From: Octopus sinensis
Lineage: Eukaryota
NCBI RefSeq assembly: GCF_006345805.1
Contig: NC_043000.1
Coordinates: forward strand, 93,682,001-93,746,000
Length of the DNA stretch: 64,000 bases
Reading direction: 5' to 3'
In this document: one piece after another, positions 39,918 through 53,172 of the stretch
How the letters are laid out: every line of letters begins with the position of its first letter
Numbering within the stretch: position 1 is the stretch's first letter
The notes under the pieces: generated by a model
What the model saw: only the letters and a program-made list of their open reading frames with translations
Told to the model about the DNA's origin: nothing
Databases searched by the model: none
Translations under genes and position numbers: made by a program

Positions 39918-40042
39918 TATTGGTATTTATCTCTCACTAGATAAAATACTTGTTTTTGTTGATTCTACCTCTGTTGGATCTTTAAACTATATATATATAC
40001 ATATAATTTTTTTAATGTCCACCTTCTATGCTGGCATGGGTT

Positions 40043-40198
40043 GGAGTGGCTGTGTGGCAAGTAGCTTGCTGACTAACCTCGTGGTTCCAGGTTCAGTCCC
40101 ACTGTGTGACACCTTGGGCAAGTTTCTTCTACTATAGTCTTTGGTCGACCAAAGCCTTGTGAGTGGATTTGGTAGATGGAAACTGAAAGAAGCCCAAT
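40043..40198 (+). mobile_element. SINE-A 5' half
   Basis: ggagtggctgtgtggcaagtagcttgc...gaaactgaaagaagccc. Confidence 0.85.
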
Positions 40199-40886
40199 AT
40201 GTGTGTGTGTGTGTGTTCATGTGTGCGTGCCATATGTCACAGGTGACTGCGTGCATATATATATATATATACACATATTCATTCCTGGAAAATTGAATGC
40301 AGCACCTTTGGAATGTTTTACAAATATTCACTGTTTCACTAATCGATTGGGTTTAAAGTATGTGAGTCAGTTTGCTTTGTTCCTTCTTAAAAAAAAAAGC
40401 CCAACATTGAAATCTTTTATGTAAATCCTTTGTTATACAGCCCACTGCACCTTAGACAATATATACAAATGACAATCAATAAGCTAGAGAGAAGAGCTGT
40501 ATGTTCTGTATTAGTTCATCATAAATGTTCTCTTTTACTGCAAATTTAGTCAAGACATTAACATCCGCTGGAAAGCTGACCCCTACGATAGTGCAGGACT
40601 ATTCTTCTCTGTCCTATAGCGCAATATTTGGTCTGTTGTGTTTGCATCAGATTATTGCTCTTATTAGAATAGATATTTTCCGGTTTTCATTCAAGTTCTC
40701 GCTTTGGTGTTCCTCTGCTATTATTGTCAGATGTACAATGTGTATACGTATGCATGTGTTTTTTTTGGGATTTGTTTAAGTTTTTTTTCAGTTGGAGAAT
40801 TCAAGCTGGCTACTAACCAAGCCACAAGGCTCTTTTATTTTTGTTATGACAGCTGTTGAGGGCTTCTGGTCATCTGAATTGGTTAA

Positions 40887-40960
<74 letters not shown>

Positions 40961-40977
40961 CACACACACACATATAT

Positions 40978-41194
40978 GCACAGCTCAGTGGTCAGAGCCT
41001 CAGGCTCACATACATGAGGTAGTGTGTTCAATTCCCGGACAGAGCTGTTGTGTTGTGTTCTTGAGCAAGACACTTTATTTCACATTGCTTCAGTTCACTC
41101 AGCTGTAGAAATGAGTTGGGACACAACTGGTGCCAAGCTGTATCGGCCTTTGTCTTCCCCTTGGATAACATTGGTGGCATGGAGAAGGGAGGCT
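40978..41194 (+). mobile_element. SINE-C 5' two-thirds
   Basis: gcacagctcagtggtcagagc...gtgttcaattcccgg...cttgagcaagacactttatttcacattgcttcagttcactcagctgtagaaatgag is the reverse complement of 50140-50356. Confidence 0.85.
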
Positions 41195-41998
41195 CTTTTT
41201 CCCAATTTCCATGACTCTTGTCTCATGCATGGATATTCAATATATGTCTACACTTTGATGCTTGAGGTTTACTAGATGCTTTTGAAGACATATGATGCAA
41301 CATTCAAAAACCGTTTAGATGAATCTTAAAAACCATTGACTTCTAGTTTTTTGGTCTAGGTAATAGTGGTTAATGTATATTTTTAGGATAAAAAAAAAAT
41401 TTTCTTCTGTATAGAGTTCAAGCTCATTACTAACAAAGTGACGACATTTTGATTTAAGAGCATTCTTGGGGTTTATAAATATGTGGTTAAGTTGGTGTAT
41501 ATGTGTGTGTGTGTGTATGTGTAGATTTATGCACCTGTGTTTATGTTGTGTGTGAGCATGACTTTTTATTGTTTGTGTGTGTGTGTGCATATATTAGTTT
41601 CAAGAATCTCATATAGGGAATCTTTGGAATGTGTTACAAATTTCACTATACCTATTTCTTTATTACCACCCACAAGGGTCTAAACACAGAGGGGACAAAC
41701 AAGGACATATATATATATATGTGCATACATACATAAGTGCATAAACACATACATAAATGCATACACTTATAAATACATACATATATGCATACATACACAC
41801 ATGCATATGCACATTTACATACATATAGATTTAAACATGCAGTCACAAATACACACATATACACACATATATACTCACATGTGTATACATATGTACATAC
41901 AATATGCATATGCACACATGAATACATATATGCACATACATACATATGCTTACGCAAAACCATACACACATACACACATATATATATATATATAATAT

Positions 41999-42040
<42 letters not shown>

Positions 42041-42870
42041 AACATGCATATATTCATACATTTGTAGACACACGCATACACAATACATACATATGTATGC
42101 ATTCACACGAACATACATATATATGTATATTCATGTATACATACATTCATAGACACACACATGCACATTCAACACATATGACCTCTTGCATTAATCAATA
42201 TTTTGTCAGTAAGTGAACCAGGGCAGTTTTACCAAGTATGTATGTATAACTGTGCATGTGTGCATATGCATATATGTATCCACCCTTCGGTGCACCTCAG
42301 TATGTTCTCTGTGTGTTCAAGGAGAGGGAAGGTTTGCCATCTATCTTCTGTAACCTTATTAGGATCAATATTTAGGCAAGGGGTCAACAGGGACAGAAAC
42401 AAAGCACTGTTGTTGTTGTTACCATTTCTCTCTATAACTGTGTGTGTGTGTGTGTATTGTTATGTTGTAAATGGTCAATATTTTACCAGAGGTGTGGTGG
42501 TCAGGGGCCAAATCTCTTTGCAGTCGTGTGTGTGTGTGTGTGTTCACTCAACTTGCTGAAATCAATACTGTGTCAATGAGTAGAATGTTTGTGAGATGAG
42601 TGAGGGAAGGAGGGAGGGGGGATGGGCAGCTGGAGGTCTATGTAAATCTCAGTTTGTGTATATAAGTACATGTGTATGTATGTATGTATGTTTGAGCTGA
42701 AGTGTGTGTGTGTGTGTGTTATTCCCATATTTAGTGAAATGTGTATGTAGTCATGTTTGCATGTGTCTGTTTTTTAAGTGCAGTTTATATTTTAAATGTG
42801 CATCCATACACATGCACACACACACACACACACACATACATAAATTTCTATTATTACAATGTGTGCACGT

Positions 42871-42904
<34 letters not shown>

Positions 42905-42906
<2 letters not shown>

Positions 42907-43386
42907 CATCATCGTTTAACGTCCGCTTTTCATGCTAGCATGGGTTGGACGTTTCAACTGGGGTCTGGGAAGCCCGAAGGCTGCACCAGGCCTGTCTGAT
43001 CTGGCAGTGTTTCTACAGCTGGATGCCCTTCCTAATGCCAACCACTCCGTGAGTGTAGTGGGTGCTTTTTACGTGCCATCGACACAGGTGCCAGACGAGG
43101 CTGGCAAACGGCCACGCTCAGATGGGGCCTTTTTACGTGCCACCGGTACGGAGGCCTGGCGAGGCTGGCAATGGCCACAATCGGATGGTGTTTGTTACGT
43201 GCCACCGACACGGAGGCCAGTCGATGCAGCACTGGCTACAGCCACGTTCAGATGGTTCTCTTATGTGCCACCAGCACTCGGCGCTGGCTACGGTCATGTT
43301 CGGATGGTTCTCTTACGTGCCACCGGCACTGGTATCATAACTACAAATTCCATTGATGTTGATCGATTTCGACTTTGATTTTGATC
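42905..43386 (-). mobile_element. SINE-D with internal GC-rich tandem array
   Basis: The tail matches 39591-39770 in inverted orientation. The anchor tta(c/t)gtgcca recurs at about 43069, 43133, 43195, 43261 and 43313. Confidence 0.85.
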
Positions 43387-43399
43387 TTTTCTTCTAAAA

Positions 43400-43600
43400 G
43401 AACAAGGACTGAAATTTGGGTGGGGGGGGGGACCAGTCAAGTACATTGACCCTAGTGTTTCAATGATACTTCATTTATTGACCCCAAAAGGATGAAAGGC
43501 AAAGCTGACATCAGTGAAATTTGAACTCAGAACGTAAAGACAATTGAAATACTGCTAAGCATTTTGCCTGGTATACTAACTATTCTGCCAGCTCGCTGCT
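43400..43600 (-). mobile_element. SINE-B
   Basis: ttgaccccaaaaggatgaaaggcaaagc...tttgaactcagaacgtaaagac...ttctgccagctcgc. Confidence 0.85.
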
Positions 43601-43777
43601 AGAATTGGTATCAAGCAAAAGAAGAACCATCACAAAGTGACAAAGCAGAAGGCCCAGAATATTTTTGAATATATTTCTTCTGACGAATTTTTACAATTTT
43701 AGTCTCATGTATCTAATAGCTATATTCAGTCTCTTAGTTGTAAGCTATCAGGAAAATAAATACCAACTATTGTTTCT

Positions 43778-44135
43778 TTATTTACATTATTTACATTCAA
43801 CGGATATTTGTCCTCATCTTCAGGTGTCTTGGGGAAATTTCGAACCTGGGTTTTCTCATTCCTAAGGTATTTTTTGATGTCGTTATTATTATTATTGTTA
43901 TTATTATTATCATTGTTCAGGTCACTGCTTGGAATCAAACTCGGAATATTGTTAGTAGCCTACGCTCTTAACCACTACACCATATGCCTGTGGGCAATTA
44001 TGAAGGGAATTTTAGGGCTTATAAATCTAATATTTTTCTATTTTTCCTTAATACCGGTTCCCATATGCTGCTCATATCTGCACTGTAAATAATGTAAATA
44101 ATGTACATAATTCCTCATCTCTTAAATATAGAAAC
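43778..44135 (-). mobile_element. tRNA-derived head plus (AAT)n body enclosed by an 18-bp perfect inverted repeat
   Basis: Minus strand 43982-43918 reads ggtgtagtggttaagagcgtaggctactaacaatattccgagtttgattccaagcagtgacctg (A and B boxes). ttatttacattatttaca (43778-43795) pairs with tgtaaataatgtaaataa (44084-44101). Confidence 0.6.
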
Positions 44136-44851
44136 AAAACTATTGTTTCTTTTCTGAGTGGACTGGAGCGACATGAAGTGAAGTGTTTTGCCCAAGAACA
44201 CAATGTGTAACCCAGTCCAAGAATTGAAACAACAATCTTACAATCATGAGTTTGACAGCCTAACCATTAATCCATGCGCCTTCACATGCTTCCACAGAGT
44301 ACAAATGTAAATAAACATATGCACATAGATTGTTCGATTGATTGATTGATTGAATAGACTGATAGATATTTGTCATTCACTGTCTGTTTGTGTCTTTCCA
44401 CTCCCTCCCATCATCCTTATCATTCCTTGTATCTGATTCACACTTAACTGTTTGTTTCTGAGCTCAAATAACTCTGACATCCCACTGTTGCTGCAAGCGT
44501 AGAAACTGTTGCTGCTGTTGCTGTTGTTGTTGTAATACTTGGTGTTGTTGTTGTGGTTGTTGGCGCTAATTATGATGATGTTGATAATGGTAACCATGAA
44601 ATGATGGTGACAATGACGATAATGATTATGATGATGATGGTGGTGGTGGTTCTGGTGGTGGTGGTGGTGATGGTACTGCTGTTTGATGGTAGACATTCCC
44701 TTATAGCATCGTTATGATTACAACAGAAATTACTCCCATGTCCATCCTCTTTCTCCCTCACCCCCATCTCTCTCTCTCCCCCCTCTCATACATACATATG
44801 CATGCATACATACACACATACATATACACATATATATATGTACATGCATAA

Positions 44852-44896
<45 letters not shown>

Positions 44897-44913
44897 CATA
44901 TATATATACATAA

Positions 44914-44968
<55 letters not shown>

Positions 44969-45289
44969 GTACATACATTTATATATACACACACACATGC
45001 ACACACACATGCATGAATACACACACACACATATATATATCAATACATCCCTCTGTTCACAATCTCTTCTTCCCACCATTTTGCACATGTTCTTTCCTCT
45101 CGACTCTTCTGTAATCAAACTCACATTGTGGCTTCTATTGTTGTTGTTGATGTTGTTTTGGATGGAACAGGATAGGATGGAATAAGATCAGATGAGAATA
45201 TAAAAGGGTGTTCTTTTGTTTGGTTTTTGTTTGTGTATTTCTATTAGTTTTTTTTTTTGCGGAAAATTGTGCGTGTGTGTATGTGTGTA

Positions 45290-45338
<49 letters not shown>

Positions 45339-45533
45339 GAGAAGGCGGGGAGAGGGTAGACAATCAAAATTGCAGATGGAAAAGCAGATACTGGGAAAAG
45401 TAAAAGAGAAGAATAATAGACAGAGAACAAGAGAGAGAAAGAGAGAGAGAGAAAATTACCAGAAAGAAAATCATAAAAATAATAATAACACAAATTCAAA
45501 GAGATATACACCCAAAGTCTGACTTTTGTTTGC

Positions 45534-45570
<37 letters not shown>

Positions 45571-45629
45571 CTCATATGTATGTATGTGTGTGTTTATTTT
45601 GTTTTATTATCATTGTTATCATTATCATC

Positions 45630-45671
<42 letters not shown>

Positions 45672-48122
45672 TTATAAAAATAGGCCGGGTGTTGTATTGA
45701 TTCCCTGCCAAAAATAGATGCGACTCCTAGCATCCACCATCTAAATAAATAAATAAATAAATATATGAAACTAGCAGATATTCAAACTAGCTGCCTCATG
45801 TTTGATATATATTCCATGATGACCTGCTAGAAATAGCTATTGCTTTCCTTTGCAGTCACAGATGGGAAGGCACATTGGTCCATGTAAGTCTTAGGTATAA
45901 TGGAAAGGTAATTTGATAAAGCCTGTTTGCTTCCGTTAGTTTTCTCGTGGAGCTAGAAAATAACGATAGAATTGACCCCCTTTCCCTCTCTCGCACACAC
46001 ACACATAGACACTGATATTTGTTAGAAAGAATACAAGACATATTAAAGAGTAAAGACCCCCTTCAGTCATGAATGACCATGGGATTATACCTAGAAAGTT
46101 ACCCTCCAAGGCACAAGTCCAGGCACGGTTGTCTGTAGAAGACAAGCAGTTGCCCATGCATACTAGCCACCCTGCTCCATTTCGTATACGTCTCTATGTT
46201 CCAAGTTCACATTCCACCGGGGTCACCTTTGCTTTTCATCCTTTCAGGGTCGATAAATTAAGTACCAATTGAGCACTGGGGTCAATGTAATTGGCTTATC
46301 CACTTCCCTGAAATTGCTGGTCTTGTGCCAAAATTTGAAACCAATTGGAAACTAGTGTGTTTTAGTCTTAAATTACCATGCACCTTTCAGTTTCATTCTG
46401 TTCCTTTCCTTCATTAAAAGTAAATAATCAAAACTGTGTCAGGTGTTTATTGACCCCTTCAGTAGCCACACCCTCAAGGGGACAATATTAACCCCATCAT
46501 AGACCAGTGTTCTGAAGTGTCAGTTTTATCTAAATTAGTTTCAATTTGTGATCTGTTATTCAGCTGCTGCTGCTGCTACTACTTCTATAGAGGGAAAGTA
46601 TGTGCACCAAACATCCAATCAGGGATGGCTTGAGCTAAACAACAACATCCACAACAAGGAACATGGTCGATAATGTGATACTTTTGGAGTTTCCTTTATA
46701 TAGGAAGAGGACAGGATCATCACAGCTGGAATACATATGTTTATAGATCTGTTCAGTCAGATTTGATCTGAGGTTAAACAACAACAGAGGGTTCTGATTT
46801 CCTTTTACATAGGGCAAAAAACTAATTTTTATGGCTCAAAACATTTGATCTATATTTGCCTGAGCTCATCTGTCTCTGACCTAGGGCTAAATAACAGCAA
46901 CAAAATGTAATGTGGTCCAGAATTTTCTTTCTTTCTTTATTTATTTACTATGGGATCATAAGTCTGCCTGCACTCAACGAGGATTAGCCTAGGGCTAATT
47001 AACAACAGCAACACTGACTACAACAACAATAACAACATGCTTACCCTCCTGTAGTACAATCTCTGTCAGTAAATCTGCAATAAATTTATATAATTCACCA
47101 TAGAGCATATGAGTTGATTTCATCCTCTCTAATCTACTGTTTGTCAGGTCATAGTAATAATGTTGTCTTTATTACATCAACTGAGACCAGACACAGCTAG
47201 ATCAAAACCGCAATACTTCTGATGTCAAGACGACATGTCTTTACTCTCTCTTTCTCTCACACACATATATACATATTCCAACTTAGTCTGATTTTCACGT
47301 TTTATTATTTGCAATTTTTACAATTTTACAGTATTGAAATAAACTAGTACTTTCATGCGTTATGCAATCGTCAGGTTTGTGTAGTGACAGTTGTATATAT
47401 ATATATATATATGAGTTGACAAATGAGAGAAAGAGGCACTGAACACATTTATTAAGGATTACATATATTATCATTGGTTCCATGCATTTTACAGTTTTGT
47501 AAGGTTTCTGTATGAAACCCACAAATCTTTAACTCACATGAACCCAAAATCAAACTTTCTAAATAGTAATACATATATATATATATATATATATGGTTCT
47601 GGGTTCAGTCCCACTGCGTGGCATCTTGGGCAACATTCAAATAATATTGTTGAGGTGTATGGACTATACCAAACTAGCAAGGTGCTTCAATGTAAGTACC
47701 TAATTCAACTGAATCTTAATTACATTATGTATATATATATATGCAAAGATAAAATAGATATAAGTAGATACACACACACACACACACATACATATAAAGG
47801 GTTCACTTGATTGGTCTACAAATGTATGTGTGTATGCAAGTGTATATATACATGTATGCATGTGGGAAGAGTGGGTGTGAATGCCTTTGTGTTGTATGCA
47901 TACATGTGTCTAGCTATTATTATATATTTATATGGTTGTATCTGTGTGTATATATATATATATACACACACACACATATGTTTGCTTTGACATATATGTA
48001 TGTATGACGTAAACGCAGACATGTATGCATGCTTGTGTCTGTGTGTATGTAGTATACGCATATATGAGCATACATTTTCTATATATATATATATCTATAT
48101 GTGTATATATGTATATATATAC

Positions 48123-48162
<40 letters not shown>

Positions 48163-48833
48163 GACTATATGTATATACATGTTGGATATTGTCTGGCCTG
48201 TTCAACTCTTTCACGGCTATTGAATCATGCTTTTATTGCTTGTTAGTTTTCTGTTTTATCACCCTTCAGTGTATTTGTTTCTTCTTCATGACACAAGTGG
48301 ATGGATGTATAAAAATAGATGGGTGTATAAATAAACAGAAGGATTGTTTGTTGTCATTTATTGCACAACTGCTTAAAGACTGACGAAGTCCAAGTGTGCA
48401 CAATAAAAACCATGCATATATATATATATATATATAGTAAGATAGATAGATACATACATACATACCTACATACATATGTATTTTATCTTTTGCTTGTTTC
48501 ATTCATTAAACTGTGGCCATGCTGGGGCACTGCCTAGAAGAAATTTTGTCAAACGAATTGACCCCAGTTCTTAGGGTTTTTTCTAAGCCTGGTACTTATT
48601 GGTACTCTTTTGCTAATCCCCCAAGTTATGGGGACATAAACACACCAACATCGGTTGTCAAATAGTGTTGGGACACAAACACAGATACAGAGTAACATGC
48701 ATAAATGAAACTCCCAGTAAATGTGCTGAGTGCCCTTCTTTCATTTGTCTACTCACTCATGTATATAAATACACACACACACACACACACACACAATCAG
48801 TGTTGTTTTAACGTTCAGTTTTATATATATATA

Positions 48834-49045
48834 TGTGACCTCGTGAGTACCGCTGGCGATTTTTTTTCCTGTCTTTCCTTCTCGGGATCTTTCCTTCTCC
48901 TATGTTTCCGATGAAGAGCTCCGCTCGAAATGTTAAACCCTCCTTCTTCTCTTCTTTCCTGAGCGTCCAATAATACTTTATTTGTTCCACGTCCTCGCGT
49001 TGTTGTGTCTTTTTTGTTTTTTTGTGTTTTCTTGTTTGGATTAAC
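48834..49045 (+). mobile_element. ~210 bp hammerhead-bearing short element (copy 1)
   Basis: Runs tgtgacc...ttggattaac between (TA)n tracts. It is the reverse complement of 60947-61146 along its length. Confidence 0.8.
48904..48938 (+). ncRNA. Minimal hammerhead-like motif (variant core)
   Basis: GTTT-CCGATGA-A-GAGC-tcc-GCTC-GAAA-TGTT-AAAC: stem I GTTT/AAAC and stem II GAGC/GCTC. The core has C at the U4 position. Confidence 0.55.
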
Positions 49046-50032
49046 TATATATATATATATATATATGTATATGATGGGCTTCTTACAGTTTCCGTCTACT
49101 ATATCCACTCAGAAGGCTTTGGTCAGCCCAAGGCCCCACACAGTGGTATATGTAGCTTTAAGAAAAATGCCTCCAACTTTCATATCCAAAGTGCTAGACA
49201 TTTTAACCATATTTCCAAGTCATTTAATTAAATTACTCAAAACAGCGCCTAAAGGAGCCGAGCTATAATGAAAGCTGTTATAGCTATGACCAACCAACAA
49301 CCTTTGTCTTTTGTCTTTTGTGAGGGGTTATTTCTTTTTGTTTTCAGAAAAAGGAAAAGGGCTCTCCTAGGACTAAGCTATTCAATATATCCGCTGTATT
49401 TTTCCCTGTCAGTCTTTTTTTTATCTTTCTCTATCATCAGTATCATGTGATTTGAAGAAGAATTGGCTGTTACATCTAAACAGATAAAGTTACCATGTTG
49501 GCTGGAGCTGATAAGAATTCATGTGGAGTTAGTTTATTGTGTAAGGGTCTGTAGGTTTGTGTATATGTGTGTGTGTAGGCAGTGGTGGAGATGGGGTTGA
49601 AACTCAATAAAATCAAGAACAATAAGGCAAGAAAAATAGTATCCACTTCCTGACCAACTTTGTGCATAGTACAGTATGACACTGAGTATTATTATTGTTG
49701 TTGTTCTCCTTCTCCTTTTCCTCTTTCATCTATGTATGTATACATGCATATATTATATGCATTAAATATATATATATATATAATATATGTATAATAGAAA
49801 CAAGTACACATACATGTACATACACGCACATATAAAAGACCCAATCAATGAAATTATTTCATGAGGAATATATGAAAGCATAAAATCATATGAGATGTGA
49901 ATATATATATATTTAACCACATGACTTATGACCATTTTGCAAACTTCTTCATGTTGTATTCCTTTCAGTAAGGAAGAAATTATGCACACATAGTTGCGTT
50001 AATAAGTATGCTTGGTATTGAAAAGAATATAA

Positions 50033-50356
50033 GACCCCCTTGGTCATGAATGACCATGGGTTTGCATCTAGAAAGTTACCTTCTGAGGCACAAGTCCATG
50101 CAGAGTTGTTTCTGGAAGACCAACAGTCATCCATGCATACCAGGCTCCCTTCTCCACACCACTGATGTTATCCAAGAGAAAGGCAAAGGCTGATACAGCT
50201 TGGCACCAATGACATCACAACTCATTTCTACAGCTGAGTGAACTGGAGCAATGTGGAATAAAGTGTCTTGCTCAAGAAGACAGACTGGCCTGGGAATTGA
50301 ACTCACTACCTCAGGATTGTGAGCCCAACGCTCTAACCACAGAGCCTTGCACCTTC
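50033..50356 (-). mobile_element. SINE-C, full length; an extra 3' end lies at 50374-50420, with others at 5920 and 46055
   Basis: tRNA-like head at the right end (gtggttagagcgttgggctcacaatcctgaggtagtgagttcaattccc) and a terminal hairpin ggtcattcatgacc at the left end. Confidence 0.85.
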
Positions 50357-50537
50357 ACTTAATAGATATATAGGACCCTCTTCGGTTGTGAATGACCATG
50401 GGATTGCACCTGGAAAGTTGGATAAATAAAGTTATAGGCTTTCCATTGTTCTACCATGCAGAGTTTTCATGTAATTTAGATTTATGTCCCACTAATAGCC
50501 CTTTGACTTTTCCTCTCCTGAAGGGTATTTTCCAATC

Positions 50538-50574
<37 letters not shown>

Positions 50575-50630
50575 CATACATACATATACATACGTGCGCA
50601 AGTACACTTAGTTTTATTATGTATATAGAA

Positions 50631-50999
50631 TTATTATCTGTTGCTTAGTGAAGGCAGATGCATTGTTTTCACCTGCATTTGTTTGTTTGATATCTCAAGA
50701 ACTGCTGGATGGAATCAGATGAAACATTCAGGGATGTTTGGCCTTGTGACAGACACAAACTGATTACATTTTGGGATCAATCTGGTGCTAGACAAGGATT
50801 CTGGATTATTTTTCCGTTTTTTTTTTTTTTTTCTCCACTTAACTTTTGAGAGTGGTTGGGCTCATTTTGAATTTTCTTGTTTGTGAGAGCAGTCAGATTT
50901 ATTTCAAATATTCTCATTTTAAAAATCATCTCTGGCTAATCATTGAGAAGACATTGGTGTTGCTTTCATAGAGGTTTGTGCTCACTGAATGCTCTTGTT
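50631..50999. mobile_element. Non-autonomous DNA element, possibly Helentron-associated (HINE/DINE-1-like)
   Basis: The layout ttatta...gaaggcaga...tgttttcacc...gtttgtttg...gaggtttgtgctcactgaatgctcttgtt resembles the HINE architecture as I recall it, but the subterminal repeats are decayed here. Confidence 0.35.
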
Positions 51000-51427
51000 T
51001 ATTGTTTTGTTTCTGGCATGGTTAAAAATTACAATTATCAGTATTTTCTTACTCTCTTTGCTATTTTTAACATGGTTTTTTTTTGTTTCCATCATGTGAT
51101 TACAACTGGCTAATAATTGAGTGAGGTTAATGAGTGAATATCTGTGCCGTAGTGGTCATGGTGGTCGTGATGATGGGGGCGAGGCGTGGTTTGCTTGTTT
51201 TACAACATATTTATGAGTGAATCTGTGTTTGCGTAATTGCTTGCATGTGTCTGAAATTTATATACTTGTGTATGTATGTGTCTCTCTGTCTATGTGTGTG
51301 TGTGTATTTAAATAAATATATAATTGATAGGGCATTTGTGTGTTGTGTGTATACATGTATGATTTGTTCTCATGTATCATTTGTACATGTATTTATACAT
51401 ATCAGTATTTCGAAACATGCATGTATT

Positions 51428-51470
<43 letters not shown>

Positions 51471-51556
51471 TATATATATATGTCCATGTGTTTGTTTACA
51501 GCTACCCAGTATTATCAACACATTTTATAATACATACAGATACACACACACATATA

Positions 51557-51592
<36 letters not shown>

Positions 51593-51703
51593 CATATATA
51601 TATATATATATTTCTGTATGTTCATGTGTATGTTTAAAGAAAGAGATTCTATAACAGATAGGATGTTTGTACTTTGTTTCCTGAATATGGATATATCTGT
51701 GTA

Positions 51704-51754
<51 letters not shown>

Positions 51755-52421
51755 TGTTAGTATATGAGTTTTCATGTAATGTTAAATATTTATCTTCTGA
51801 ATATGGGAAGTGATAAAAAAAAAAAACAACAACCATAATGAAAATTTATATTTGTTAACATGCCTTGTGTTGGTTGTTTTTTGTCCCTACTCTTACACTT
51901 CACACCAGCTCTTTCTTTTAAATTCTGAATGTGTGTGTGTGTGTGTGTGTACATAATTTTGGAGGGGGTGTTGTTTGTGTATGTGTGCGCATGTGTCTCT
52001 TTTTCTTTTTTCTCGTATTCTCTCCCACTAATAATAATATCACAATTATTGCCACTACCACCACCACCACCACCACCTACAACAACAGCAGCATCAGAAC
52101 CACCATCACCTCTGGTATCATCGCCACCACTTGTGGTTCTATTAATGAAGTCATTCAATATATTATGATCCAGTTTAGTCACACAAAAAAAATCCCAAAA
52201 TGATAAATGAAAGGAAAAACACCAACAGCAGCAACAACAACAACAACAACGACCAAAGCAAATACAAAAGTACAACTAGATACCGCAAACAGCAACAACA
52301 ACAACAACAACAACAACAACAAGGGCAAAGAAACAAGCACAAAAACAAACGTTAAAAGCTTACAAATTTATTTGGTGTATTCTTTTTAATTTAAATTCGT
52401 TTCTCTTAGATTTGATATTTC

Positions 52422-52558
52422 TTATAAGTGTTGTTGTTGTTGTTGTTGGTAGTGGTGGTGGTCGGGGTGGTAATGGGGTGGGGGTGGGGATGACGGTTGT
52501 CTGCTGAATTTTTCGGGTGTGGGAAGAGTTGCAGGAAGTTTAAAGTTTACAGTTCCGT
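52422..52558 (-). CDS. Candidate terminal coding exon, product unknown
   Basis: Acceptor tctctcttggtgtacag. Only one frame stays open: (D)GTVNFKLPATLPTPEKFSRQPSSPPPPHYHPDHHHYQQQQQQHL*. The second half is simple repeat and no homology is recognised. Confidence 0.22.
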
Positions 52559-52665
52559 CTGTACACCAAGAGAGATCCGCAAGAAAGTTTGTTCACACCA
52601 CGTTAGATTCGTTGCATTCTTTTTGTGTTATTTTTTTCTTTTATATACATACATACATACACAAT

Positions 52666-52805
52666 ATCATCATCATCATCATCATCATTTAGCGTCCGTT
52701 TTCCATGCTAGCATGGGTTGGACGGTTCAACGGGGGTCTGGGGAGCCCGAAGGCTGCACCAGGCCAGTCAGATCTGGCAGTGTTTCTACAGCTGGATGCC
52801 CTTCC
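52666..52805 (-). mobile_element. SINE-D 3' end
   Basis: (CAT)n-ttagcgtccgttttccatgctagcatgggttggacgg...ggatgcccttcc. Confidence 0.85.
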
Positions 52806-52816
52806 TCCCTATATAT

Positions 52817-52863
<47 letters not shown>

Positions 52864-53134
52864 CAATTGACTTTTCATATACTTTTTCTGGGTTGATTAT
52901 TAAAACTCTGGTCAATGCCACACTGCTTGGAACAAATTGCCTGCATATTAGACTTTTTTTTGTGCTTCCCCTGATTTAATTCCAAACAAATTCTTTGGTT
53001 GTTCATTTTTGTTGATATTTAACCTCAGGTCAGTTCTCGCTGAACTGAGACTAGACTATAATCAAAGGTACTCCAGCCATGACCATCGCACCCTTATATA
53101 TGTATATATATACATATATATACATTTGTATATG

Positions 53135-53172
<38 letters not shown>

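Larger units (their letters stand above)
48480..49145 (-). mobile_element. SINE-A split by insertions in its internal TA linker
   Basis: The 3' half lies at about 48480-48690 and the middle segment at about 49070-49145, both on the minus strand and collinear with intact copies. Confidence 0.75.

Noticed and set aside
40540-40720. Possible CR1 C-terminal LSY...D...K motif or exon
   Set aside because: The similarity is too weak to distinguish from chance without a search.
43060-43340. CRISPR-like repeat/spacer appearance
   Set aside because: The spacers are related to each other, the periods vary from 52 to 66 bp, the array is inside a eukaryotic retroposon, and there are no cas genes.
43918-43982. 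Functional tRNA gene
   Set aside because: The acceptor stem and variable region do not close into a cloverleaf. It is a SINE-type head, as are the SINE-A, B and C heads.
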